Of a DNA stretch of 64,000 nucleotides, positions 45,987 to 54,228 are shown in pieces. Each line of letters begins with the position of its first letter. Positions within the stretch are counted from its first letter, which is position 1. The stretch spans positions 6,447-70,446 of the forward strand of contig JAKQKX010000069.1 of NCBI GenBank assembly GCA_029560465.1, given 5' to 3'. A model generated the notes under the pieces. It saw nothing but the letters and a program-made list of their open reading frames with translations, did no database searches and was not told the origin of the DNA. The position numbers and the translations under genes are program-made. The stretch comes from Candidatus Omnitrophota bacterium (lineage in GTDB: Bacteria > Omnitrophota > Gorgyraeia > Zapsychrales > JANLHA01).

Positions 45987-47102
45987 ATGAAAATAATAAA
46001 GAGACTGTTAATTTATACCAGCGTGTTATTTTGGGTTTATGGTTGTGCATCAGCCAATCTTAACAAAACTATAGCTAAAGGCAATACTCAGAAAGCATTA
46101 AAGCAAATTTCTTCCGGTAAATATATTGATAAGAAAGACAAAGACGGTAATACGGCTTTACATGTCGCTGCCTCGAATGGCAATTACCAAGTAATTGAGG
46201 CGCTGTTAAGCAAAGGCATTAATATAAACACCCGAAATCATTCAGGCAATACTCCCTTACATTCGAGTATCTTAAGTAAGAATATAAATTTAAAGGTTAT
46301 TGATCTTCTTATAGATAGTGGTGCCGATATCAATGCAAGCAATAATCAAGACCACACACCCCTTATTTTAGCTGGCAATGCAACGGAATTTAAAGACGAC
46401 CAAATCAAGCTGGTTGAGACCTTGATAGCCAGAGGGGCCGAGCCCGATGCTGTGGATAGGCTTGGAATGACTGCCCTCCATTATGCGGCTTTCAAAGGTG
46501 AGCCTTTAGAAGTTATTGAAATATTGGCGGACGCAGTGAATGACATTAATACTCAAAATATCTATGGTTTCACTCCATACGATTTGGCTGCCCAAAATGG
46601 CAAAGTTGATGCTGCCAGAATTTTTTTGAAAAGGGGAGTAATCCCGCATGTGATCGTAAAAGCTGCTACAGAGCAGGAAAAAGTAGATGATGCAGAGGAT
46701 GATCCGGCAGTAAATTTAGCTTATATAAGCACTGCTCGGGGGTATAAGTTTTATAGTGATTGGCTTAAGGAAAATAATAAATCAGGGGAAACCGTAGAAA
46801 TGTATGAAACATCGATGACGCATTATGAGAAAGCGATTGACGAATATGAGAGAGTTATTGCCATTTATCAAGGGATGATATCAAGAGCCAAAAGAAAGAA
46901 CAGAAATAATGTCATAAAAAGTGTTTTCGCTTCAACGGTCGGGGTGGCTTTAGCCTGCACCGTGGGAGTTGGATTTGTTTCTATCCCAATAAATGCCAAC
47001 ACTGTGCCGTTATGTGAAGAAGTGATATATGGTTACCAGCGGGATATTAACGCATGTCGGAAAGAAATGAGGGATATTGAAACATCTTTAGCAGACATAT
47101 AG
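45987..47102 (+). CDS. Ankyrin-repeat lipoprotein with a C-terminal TM helix
   Basis: Lipobox VLFWVYGCAS. At least 5 ankyrin repeats (DKDGNTALHVAASNGNYQVIEALLSKGININ...). C-terminal hydrophobic stretch VGVALACTVGVGFVSI. Confidence 0.7.
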   Translation: MKIIKRLLIYTSVLFWVYGCASANLNKTIAKGNTQKALKQISSGKYIDKKDKDGNTALHVAASNGNYQVIEALLSKGININTRNHSGNTPLHSSILSKNINLKVIDLLIDSGADINASNNQDHTPLILAGNATEFKDDQIKLVETLIARGAEPDAVDRLGMTALHYAAFKGEPLEVIEILADAVNDINTQNIYGFTPYDLAAQNGKVDAARIFLKRGVIPHVIVKAATEQEKVDDAEDDPAVNLAYISTARGYKFYSDWLKENNKSGETVEMYETSMTHYEKAIDEYERVIAIYQGMISRAKRKNRNNVIKSVFASTVGVALACTVGVGFVSIPINANTVPLCEEVIYGYQRDINACRKEMRDIETSLADI

Positions 47103-47286
47103 TGAAGTGGCCCTCATCTGAATATGCTGTTTAACGTTGTATGAGTTATTGGGGCTTTCCTGGACATAATCCCTATTCTATGTAATACCCCCCTAAGGGT
47201 ATTACATGCGACATGTTATACCCTAAGAGGTATGATTCTATTAATAAATTATTGAAATTATACCCGGAAGGTGCTATATTTTTACT

Positions 47287-47568
47287 ATGGTTAAATCAGA
47301 AAAGTCGGATAACATTATGACAGTTCACATTGCTTCACAAATAAAAGATTTACGTAAAAAAATCGGTTTAACCCAAATCGAATTTGCTAAACGGGTCGGC
47401 GTGGGTTTGCGTTTTTTAAGGGAACTTGAACAGGGTAAGACCACTGTGAGGATGGATAAGCTCAGCCAAGTTTTGGAATTCCTGGGATATCATCTGGAAA
47501 TAAAAAAGAATGAGCCGCAATCAACAATTAAACATCCTAAAACGGATTTGATGGATACTGATCAATGA
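47287..47568 (+). CDS. hipB: XRE-family HTH protein, HipB-like
   Basis: IKDLRKKIGLTQIEFAKRVGVGLRFLRELEQGKTTVRMDKLSQVLEFLG. Its stop overlaps the next start. Confidence 0.6.
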   Translation: MVKSEKSDNIMTVHIASQIKDLRKKIGLTQIEFAKRVGVGLRFLRELEQGKTTVRMDKLSQVLEFLGYHLEIKKNEPQSTIKHPKTDLMDTDQ

Positions 47569-47894
47569 GTATGATGAGAAAAGCCAGTATTTTTTATAAT
47601 AATGAATTGGCGGGATATTTAACTGAAACCTCGGATGGGTATACTTTTCAGTATGAGTACGAATTTTTAAAGAAAAATATCCCAATCTCAATTTCTTTGC
47701 CGCCCAGACCAGAACCGTATCATTCAAAAGAGTTGTTCCCTTTTTTTAAGGGACTCTTGCCGGAAGGGTGGTATTTGAATATTGTCAGCGCGACACAGAA
47801 GATTGATCATAAAGATTATTTTGGACTTTTGATCGGGACTGCGAGCGTAGATACTATTGGCGCGGTTACCGTGGAGCTGTCCCAGTCGGCGTAA
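47565..47894 (+). CDS. hipS: HipS-like protein (stand-alone HipA N-terminal subdomain)
   Basis: 109 aa. It resembles the HipA_N coupling domain (VFYNNELAGYL...YTFQYEY...LPPRPEPY...FKGLLPEG). Confidence 0.6.
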   Translation: MSMMRKASIFYNNELAGYLTETSDGYTFQYEYEFLKKNIPISISLPPRPEPYHSKELFPFFKGLLPEGWYLNIVSATQKIDHKDYFGLLIGTASVDTIGAVTVELSQSA

Positions 47895-47910
47895 TATAGG
47901 GAAATTTCTC

Positions 47911-48774
47911 GTGAATGAAAAATTTCTTAAAGCAATGTTTAATTCCTCGAAGGTCCCGGTAATCGACTTCGGTTTGAGCGATATATTGCAACAGGCCCAG
48001 AAGTTAGTGGGGAAGCTGTCGATTTCAGGTGTGCAACCGAAATTATCCGTCAAGTTAGATAAAAAGCAAAACATGTTGATTGTCGTGAGTGAGGGCGGCG
48101 AATATATTCTAAAACCGCAAACGGCGACCTTTCCCCATATCCCGGAAAATGAGCAATGCTGTATGGATATTGCGCAAGAATTAGACATTGAGGTGCCGCT
48201 GCATTGCGTGATTCCTCTGAAAGATAAAAACCTTGCTTATGTGGTCAAAAGATTCGACAGAGAAAAGGGAAATAAGGTCCATCAGGAAGATTTTGCGCAG
48301 ATCCTTGAAGCCAATGATAAGTATCGAGGCTCGGTGGAGCAGATAGGAAGCAAGCTCAAGGAAATTTCAGCCGCCCCTGGCTATGACGCGCAACTTTTGT
48401 TTGAACGGGTTGTGCTGAATTTTGTTCTCGCCAATGGCGACGCCCACTTGAAAAATTATTCAATATCATACAAGGAAGATGGTATCCGTTTGACGCCGGC
48501 TTATGATATTGTGTGTTCACGACTTGCGATCCCAGACGAGCAAGAAGAGTCGGCAATAAACATCAACGGCAAAAAGAATCGCTTGTCGAGGGAAGATTTT
48601 GATAAATTGGCAGATTATTTGAATGTGCCTCTTAAGGTGCGTTATGAAAAGGTTGAAGGCAAATTAGAAGTTATGAAGAAGCGCATCAAAGCTTCCCGCT
48701 TCAGCAAGGCAGACCAGAATAAGTTCCTCGACATTATTAAAGAACGTTTGCGGCGGTTAGGATTATCTGAATAG
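47911..48774 (+). CDS. hipT: HipT-like Ser/Thr kinase (HipA C-terminal kinase core)
   Basis: ISGVQPKLSV (phosphate-binding loop), VKRFDRE, GDAHLKNYSISY catalytic motif, TPAYDIVCS. The start (GTG 47911 or ATG 47935) is uncertain. The track ORF 47857 overlaps hipS. Confidence 0.7.
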   Translation: MNEKFLKAMFNSSKVPVIDFGLSDILQQAQKLVGKLSISGVQPKLSVKLDKKQNMLIVVSEGGEYILKPQTATFPHIPENEQCCMDIAQELDIEVPLHCVIPLKDKNLAYVVKRFDREKGNKVHQEDFAQILEANDKYRGSVEQIGSKLKEISAAPGYDAQLLFERVVLNFVLANGDAHLKNYSISYKEDGIRLTPAYDIVCSRLAIPDEQEESAININGKKNRLSREDFDKLADYLNVPLKVRYEKVEGKLEVMKKRIKASRFSKADQNKFLDIIKERLRRLGLSE

Positions 48775-49003
48775 GGGCAGTAAATGATGCAGGGGAACAG
48801 ATAATTCGTATCAACATCATCTGAGGAAGCGGGCTTTTTGTTGTCAAAACATCTTTCTCAGAAATGTCTCATTTTATATCAATTTTGATTAATTTTTATG
48901 CCTTTCGATCTGCAGTTGGCACAAATTTGGCAAAACGAATGGGGGCAAGTTATCTTGGGGAATGCAAAATTCTTGAAATAGGAAAAATTTTTCAAAAATA
49001 TTG

Positions 49004-49031
49004 TTGACAAAATTCTTATTTATTGTATATT
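49004..49031 (+). promoter_or_regulatory. Sigma70-like promoter of the hspR-like gene
   Basis: TTGACA (49004-49009), 16-nt spacer, TATATT (49026-49031). An imperfect inverted repeat CTTGAAAT..ATTTTTCAA lies at 48970-48998. Confidence 0.45.
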
Positions 49032-49055
49032 CTATGTCAGAAAGAGGAAACGCGT

Positions 49056-49355
49056 ATGGGGGAGCCTAAGGGATGTGACAAGAACCGGGATTTTATTGAA
49101 GTCCCCATTGACAATGATGAACCGATATTCACAACAGGCGTTATTTGTAAACTTCTTTCGATCCCGCATCATGTCTTAAAACAGCTTGACGAGGAAGGGA
49201 TCGTGACCCCGCCCCGAAAGAAAGGGAAAAGCCGTCTTTATTCGAAACGGGAACTGAAGAAGATTCAAATATGTTGGTGTTATATTAATGAAAAGAAGGT
49301 GAACATCCCGGCGCTTAGGATTATTTTGGAAATGGAAGAGGAGAGGAGCCTCTAA
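49056..49355 (+). CDS. hspR: MerR-family HTH regulator, HspR-like
   Basis: PIFTTGVICKLLSIPHHVLKQLDEEGIVTPPRKKGKSRLYSKRELKKIQ is a MerR-type HTH. It sits directly upstream of the Hsp20 genes. Confidence 0.55.
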   Translation: MGEPKGCDKNRDFIEVPIDNDEPIFTTGVICKLLSIPHHVLKQLDEEGIVTPPRKKGKSRLYSKRELKKIQICWCYINEKKVNIPALRIILEMEEERSL

Positions 49356-49372
49356 AATTTTTTGTCCACAAA

Positions 49373-49399
49373 TTGGCACTCTCTTCATTCGAGTGCCAA
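49373..49399. promoter_or_regulatory. Perfect 9-bp inverted repeat TTGGCACTC-N9-GAGTGCCAA between hspR and hsp20 (candidate operator)
   Basis: Seen directly. It shares the TTGGCAC core with the att-flanking direct repeats. Confidence 0.4.
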
Positions 49400-49543
49400 T
49401 AGAATGAACAGGAAAAATAAAAGGAGGTGAGTTACAATGAAAAGTATTGAAAAGTTTATCGGCAAATTAAAAAATATTGGTGGCCTGATAAAAGAGAAGA
49501 TAAGAAAAAGCAAATAAGACAGACTAATTCGGAGGTGATTAAC

Positions 49544-50014
49544 ATGGCACTTATTCCTTACAGGAGAGAGAATTGGTGGTCGGACCCGTTCTTTGAATTA
49601 GAGAATATCCAGAAGCAAATGAATCAGCTTTTTGATTTTTCTTTATCCCGTGGTCCCGGAGGAGACACAACGTTGCTGGGCGGGCAATGGGCACCGGCTG
49701 TCGATGTTTATGATTCTAAAGACAATCTTTTAGTAAAGGCCGACCTGCCGGGTTTGACCAAGGATGAGATTGAAGTTTCCATTCAGGACAATCATCTTGT
49801 CCTGAAGGGGGAAAAGAAAAAGGATCATGAAATCAAGGAAGAAAATTATTTTAAGACAGAAAGGTATTACGGGAGCTTCTTTAGGACGATCCCCTTGCCA
49901 TCTGAGATAGACGCCGCTAAGGTTGAGGCGAAGTATCAGGATGGCGTCTTGACTTTGACGTTACCCAAGAAAGAAGAGGCCAAACCGAAACAGATTACAA
50001 TTAACGTTCAATAA
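49544..50014 (+). CDS. Hsp20/alpha-crystallin small heat-shock protein
   Basis: Alpha-crystallin domain PAVDVYDSKDNLLVKADLPGLTKDEIEVSI...GVLTLTLPK. GGAGG RBS. Confidence 0.8.
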   Translation: MALIPYRRENWWSDPFFELENIQKQMNQLFDFSLSRGPGGDTTLLGGQWAPAVDVYDSKDNLLVKADLPGLTKDEIEVSIQDNHLVLKGEKKKDHEIKEENYFKTERYYGSFFRTIPLPSEIDAAKVEAKYQDGVLTLTLPKKEEAKPKQITINVQ

Positions 50015-50067
50015 TCCCAGGGGGCTTTTTTCTTCCCCCTGGAGGCCCGTGACAGGAGGTGGTTTCA

Positions 50068-50433
50068 ATGTTAGAAAAATTTAAAAAGAATCAGGAGCAG
50101 CTGGCTGTCGTAGCCCCGTATGCTAATATATACGAACAAGGTAAAGACATTGTGCTTTCCGTCGAAATGCCCGGAGTGGAAAAGGGCACGATTGATGTCA
50201 ACCTTAACGGGAATCTTTTGGTGATCCAGGCCAGGAAAATGAAAGAGGAAATCAGCAAAGAATATAAACCGGTTTATCAGGAGAGGTTTCCTGTCGCTTA
50301 CGAGCGCCGGTTCGAAATCAACACAGAAATAGACCGTGACGCTATCGAGGCCGAGTATAAGAATGGGATATTAAAAGTTTCGTTAGCCAAATCAGAAGCG
50401 GCCCAACCCCAAAAGATAGCCATTAAAACTTAA
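50068..50433 (+). CDS. Hsp20/alpha-crystallin small heat-shock protein
   Basis: ANIYEQGKDIVLSVEMPGVEKGTIDVNL...NGILKVSLAK. AGGAGG RBS. Confidence 0.8.
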   Translation: MLEKFKKNQEQLAVVAPYANIYEQGKDIVLSVEMPGVEKGTIDVNLNGNLLVIQARKMKEEISKEYKPVYQERFPVAYERRFEINTEIDRDAIEAEYKNGILKVSLAKSEAAQPQKIAIKT

Positions 50434-50488
50434 GCAGGGGAGACCGCTTCCCTGCCCACTTTTTCATGAGAGGGGAAGGTGAATCACG

Positions 50489-50737
50489 ATGAATAAGATC
50501 GATGTGTTTGATGTGTTTTTTAACGGTTTTTCATATACCTGGAAACACCAGTTGCTGCAGGGGGTGTTGTTTATATTGCTCGGGATTATTATTGTCCTGA
50601 TGCCGCAATTGTTAGTGGCGATGGTCGCTTCATTCTTTGTCGTTATTGGCCTTGTTTTGATAGGATCGGCTTGGGCAATGCGGCGGGTCCGTAAACAATA
50701 TGACGGGTTCAGAAGCGAACTTTTTGAAATTTTTTAA
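50489..50737 (+). CDS. Small two-TM membrane protein (HdeD/DUF308-like)
   Basis: 82 aa with two hydrophobic helices (LLQGVLFILLGIIIVLMP..., VASFFVVIGLVLIGSAWA). Confidence 0.4.
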   Translation: MNKIDVFDVFFNGFSYTWKHQLLQGVLFILLGIIIVLMPQLLVAMVASFFVVIGLVLIGSAWAMRRVRKQYDGFRSELFEIF

Positions 50738-50787
50738 TTTTAGAAGGTTATAAGGAATACCCGGTATTCTCAAGGGGGGTGTTGTTT

Positions 50788-51426
50788 ATGAACAAGAAAT
50801 TTAAAATTCTTTTTATTGGCGGTATTGTCTTGCTCGCTTGTGTTCTTTTGTTTAATAGGGGTTTTGTGGCCTTCGCTCAGGAGGACCAGGTTGAGGTTTT
50901 AAAGAAGCGGATCGAGTCCCTGCAAAAGCGTGTGGAGGAGTTGGAGGCCGGCCAGGTCAAAGCGGCGCAGAAGGCTCAGGAAGGAGCCAGGGGCTATTTT
51001 AAAACAAGCCCGGACCGATGGGATCCTTTTTCCGAGATTTATCGTATGCAGGCAGAAATGGATCGGATGTTTCAGGATTCTTTTTTCATGGGCGGCCCGA
51101 CCAGTAAAGGGATGTTTAGAAGTAATATGTATTATGACGATACCTTCGCCATGGAAGAAAAAGAGGATAAATATGTCATGGAATTCGATATGGCGGGAAT
51201 GAACGAAGGGAAGATTGATATTCAGGTGAACCAGCGGTCGCTGACGGTGAAAGGTGAACAGAAGGCGCAGCGGCAGGACGAGGGTTTGAACCGCTCCTTC
51301 AGCTCCCAGAGTTATGCCACGTTCATGAAGACGATATCGGTCCCGCCGGACGCTGACACTTCGCGGATGACAACGGAAAATAAGGGAGGCAAATTGATTA
51401 TCACGTTGCCCAAAAAGACTATTTAA
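50788..51426 (+). CDS. Secreted Hsp20-domain protein
   Basis: N-terminal signal/TM, coiled-coil segment, C-terminal alpha-crystallin-like KYVMEFDMAGMNEGKIDIQV...GKLIITLPKK. Confidence 0.6.
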   Translation: MNKKFKILFIGGIVLLACVLLFNRGFVAFAQEDQVEVLKKRIESLQKRVEELEAGQVKAAQKAQEGARGYFKTSPDRWDPFSEIYRMQAEMDRMFQDSFFMGGPTSKGMFRSNMYYDDTFAMEEKEDKYVMEFDMAGMNEGKIDIQVNQRSLTVKGEQKAQRQDEGLNRSFSSQSYATFMKTISVPPDADTSRMTTENKGGKLIITLPKKTI

Positions 51427-51551
51427 CGGCCATGGGCGACCATTGTAGCCCGGCCATTGTCAAGTATTACTTAATATTCATAAAAAATGTTAAGCTGTAC
51501 TTGACAATGGCCCGGACTTAATGTATACTTCATCTTAAAGGAAAGAGGACC

Positions 51552-52103
51552 ATGAAAAGTTTGGGGATTAATTTAAAAAGGTTGCGGGAGGACCAAGGAA
51601 CAACCCTGAGAGAGATGGCCAAAGATATCGGGGTGAGCCCGAGTTTCCTTTCCCAGGTTGAAAAAGGCAAAGCGTCGCCATCGTTGACCACACTAAAATC
51701 TATTGCGGATGCTTTACAGACGACTATCGGGAATTTAGTCGGAGAGGACGCCAATCAGAAAGAAAAGATGATCACGAGAGAAGATGAGCGAAAATCCCTG
51801 AAGCAAGTCAGCCAGGGGATTCAGATGTATCTCTTGTCGGAAGTCAATCCTTATAAACAAATGCAACCCTTGTTGTTTAAATTGGCCGTTAATGCCGCCT
51901 CGGGAGAAACGTCCTACGCTCATTATGGCCAGGAGTTTGTTTTGGTCCTGAAGGGGGCGATAGAGATAAGCCTGGGGGAGAAGAATTATCAGCTTAAAAA
52001 AGGTGACAGTATTTATTTCAATTCCAGTACGCCGCATTCTTTTAAAAATTTAAATAAAGGAGAAACAGAGGCTTTATGGATCGTAACGCCTCCCAGTTTT
52101 TAA
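51552..52103 (+). CDS. XRE-family HTH plus cupin domain transcriptional regulator
   Basis: N-terminal LKRLREDQGTTLREMAKDIGVSPSFLSQVEKGK. C-terminal cupin GQEFVLVLKGAIEISLGEKNYQLKKGDSIYF. Confidence 0.65.
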   Translation: MKSLGINLKRLREDQGTTLREMAKDIGVSPSFLSQVEKGKASPSLTTLKSIADALQTTIGNLVGEDANQKEKMITREDERKSLKQVSQGIQMYLLSEVNPYKQMQPLLFKLAVNAASGETSYAHYGQEFVLVLKGAIEISLGEKNYQLKKGDSIYFNSSTPHSFKNLNKGETEALWIVTPPSF

Positions 52104-52224
52104 CGGCAAATTTTTTTGCCTTCTATGTTAACTAATACTTAATATAATAAATAAATACTTAACATATTGTCTGCAGGAGCCTTGGTCCGGGGAGGATCAG
52201 GGAACAATAGAACAGGAGGGTAAG

Positions 52225-53181
52225 ATGAGTTTAATACACCATGAAGGAGACAGAGGGGATGATTTTGGCGTTGAGAGCCGGGTTAACCTGGATGATATTA
52301 TTCATTCCATGAAAAGCGGGCTTTATGTCGCGGATAATAACGGCAATATCTCCTTCGCGAACCAGGCTTTTGCTGAAATTTTTCAGTACCGCACCCGGGA
52401 TGATATTGTGGGGTTGAATTTAGCGGAGAATTTGTATGAAAGGAGAAAAGACCGGATCACTTTTTTGCGGCAATTGATGGAAAACGGCTTTGTTTCCGAT
52501 TATATCATCCCCATGGTCCGGCGAGACGGCAGCCGGGTCGTCATTTCCGCCCGGAGCAATTTTCTGAAGGATAAAACGGGGCGGGTCGTTGGGGTGCAAG
52601 GGATTGTCAAGGAGCTCCCGGAGGAGCAGGAAGTCCGGGGAAATAAGGGCCAGGAAATTCATGATCTGGCCTATCAGGATGAAGAAGCGTGCCGTACACT
52701 CGACAAGTTGATCCGGGATCCTTTGACAGGGCTTTATAATTATCAGTATTTTATGAGATGCTTGGAAGCCGAGACCCTGCGGGCGGACCGGTTTTTTCAG
52801 CCGTTGAGTCTGATCATGATAGACATCGATAATTTTGAGGTCTTTAACAATCAATTCGGCCGGGAGGAGGGGGATGCCCTGATCAAGGAAGTTGGCGCCC
52901 TTTTTCGTAAGAATTTTCGTGATACTGATATTGTATGCCGGCAATCGCAGGATCAGTTTTTGGTCATATTGCCGGAAACTAAAAAAGAAGAGGCATTGTC
53001 CGTCGCGAAGGCCGTTAAAGACGTTATTCAAGAATCGTCTTTTCAAACATCTGTGACGTGCAGTATGGGATTGAGCCGGTATATCTCCGGCATGACAACG
53101 CAGGAGCTCTTGTTAAAGGCTAATCTTGGTTTATATATGGCCAAAGAGATGGGAAGGAATGAGGCGTGTCTTTACGGTTAA
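52225..53181 (+). CDS. PAS domain protein with a degenerate GGDEF domain
   Basis: PAS block LYVADNNGNISFANQAF...GVQGIVKE. GGDEF-fold region DPLTGLYNYQYFMRCLEAE...IMIDIDNFEVFNNQFGREEGD, but the signature reads RQSQDQF instead of R(Y/F)GGEEF. Confidence 0.7.
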   Translation: MSLIHHEGDRGDDFGVESRVNLDDIIHSMKSGLYVADNNGNISFANQAFAEIFQYRTRDDIVGLNLAENLYERRKDRITFLRQLMENGFVSDYIIPMVRRDGSRVVISARSNFLKDKTGRVVGVQGIVKELPEEQEVRGNKGQEIHDLAYQDEEACRTLDKLIRDPLTGLYNYQYFMRCLEAETLRADRFFQPLSLIMIDIDNFEVFNNQFGREEGDALIKEVGALFRKNFRDTDIVCRQSQDQFLVILPETKKEEALSVAKAVKDVIQESSFQTSVTCSMGLSRYISGMTTQELLLKANLGLYMAKEMGRNEACLYG

Positions 53182-53226
53182 TTGGATTTTTGTTAACGGC
53201 TTAAAAAGTAAAAAGGAGAAAATATC

Positions 53227-54228
53227 ATGTACACGGAGGCTATAAGACGGATTCGGGAACGGGCAAAAAAGAACCCTCAAAGGATTATTTTTCCTGAACC
53301 AGAGGATGATCGCGTCCTGCGCGCCGTTGATTATATCCGGACGGAAGGCCTTGCCGAGCCGTTTCTGCTCTCGCAGGAGTCTATGGACCCTTCCCAGCAA
53401 GACCAATTCGCTTTTTTGCTTTATGAATTCCGGAAAGCCAAGGGCATGACGTATGAAAAAGCCAGGGGATTGATGGACAACGTGCTTTTTTATGCGGCGA
53501 TGATGCTGCGTTGTGGCTTTGTGGACGGCATGGTGGCGGGGGCCGCTCACTCGACGGCCGCGGTGATGCGCGCGGTCGTGAATTGTTTGGAAATCAATGA
53601 TAGGGTCGGACTTGTGACCAGTTGCTTCCTGATGGGGATCCCCAACAGTACATTCGGAGAGGAAGGTGTTCTCCTTTATGCGGACTGTGGCGTCCTTCCT
53701 AACCCGACCAGTGAACAGCTGGCGAGGATCGCTGTTTCTAGTGCTCAATTTTTTCAGGACATTACGGACAAGACGGCGCGGGTCGCCATGCTGAGTTTCT
53801 CCACGAAGGGAAGCGCGAACGGCGATCTGGTCGAGAAAGTGAAAAGATCCGTTGAGCTCGCCAAAGATTTGAAGAAAGATTTTTTTATCGATGGGGAATT
53901 GCAGGCGGATAGTGCCCTTGTCCCGGAAATCGCCGCCCGTAAACTGAAGGATAGCGATGTCGCCGGCAAAGCCAATGTCCTCATATTCCCGAACTTAGAT
54001 GCAGGGAATATTAGTTATAAACTGACGGAACGGCTGGCCAATGCGCGCGCTATAGGTCCTGTTATTTTAGGGACTTTGCAGCCGTGCAGTGATCTGTCGC
54101 GGGGGTGCTGTGTCGATGACATTATTGATGCTGCGGCCGTGACGGCTATCCGGGCCCAGAAAAAATATTTTAATAGGGAAAATGTATTTATTAATTTTGA
54201 CAAGCACTATGCGTATACTTGTGTTTAA
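53227..54228 (+). CDS. pta: Phosphate acetyltransferase (class I, about 330 aa)
   Basis: Pta/Ptb family length and organisation. It is followed directly by acetate kinase. Confidence 0.75.
   Translation: MYTEAIRRIRERAKKNPQRIIFPEPEDDRVLRAVDYIRTEGLAEPFLLSQESMDPSQQDQFAFLLYEFRKAKGMTYEKARGLMDNVLFYAAMMLRCGFVDGMVAGAAHSTAAVMRAVVNCLEINDRVGLVTSCFLMGIPNSTFGEEGVLLYADCGVLPNPTSEQLARIAVSSAQFFQDITDKTARVAMLSFSTKGSANGDLVEKVKRSVELAKDLKKDFFIDGELQADSALVPEIAARKLKDSDVAGKANVLIFPNLDAGNISYKLTERLANARAIGPVILGTLQPCSDLSRGCCVDDIIDAAAVTAIRAQKKYFNRENVFINFDKHYAYTCV

Noticed and set aside
48960-49050. Canonical HAIR operator (CTTGAGT-N7-ACTCAAG) for HspR
   Set aside because: Not present. Only an imperfect CTTGAAAT..ATTTTTCAA repeat and the distinct TTGGCACTC palindrome downstream, which I report instead.
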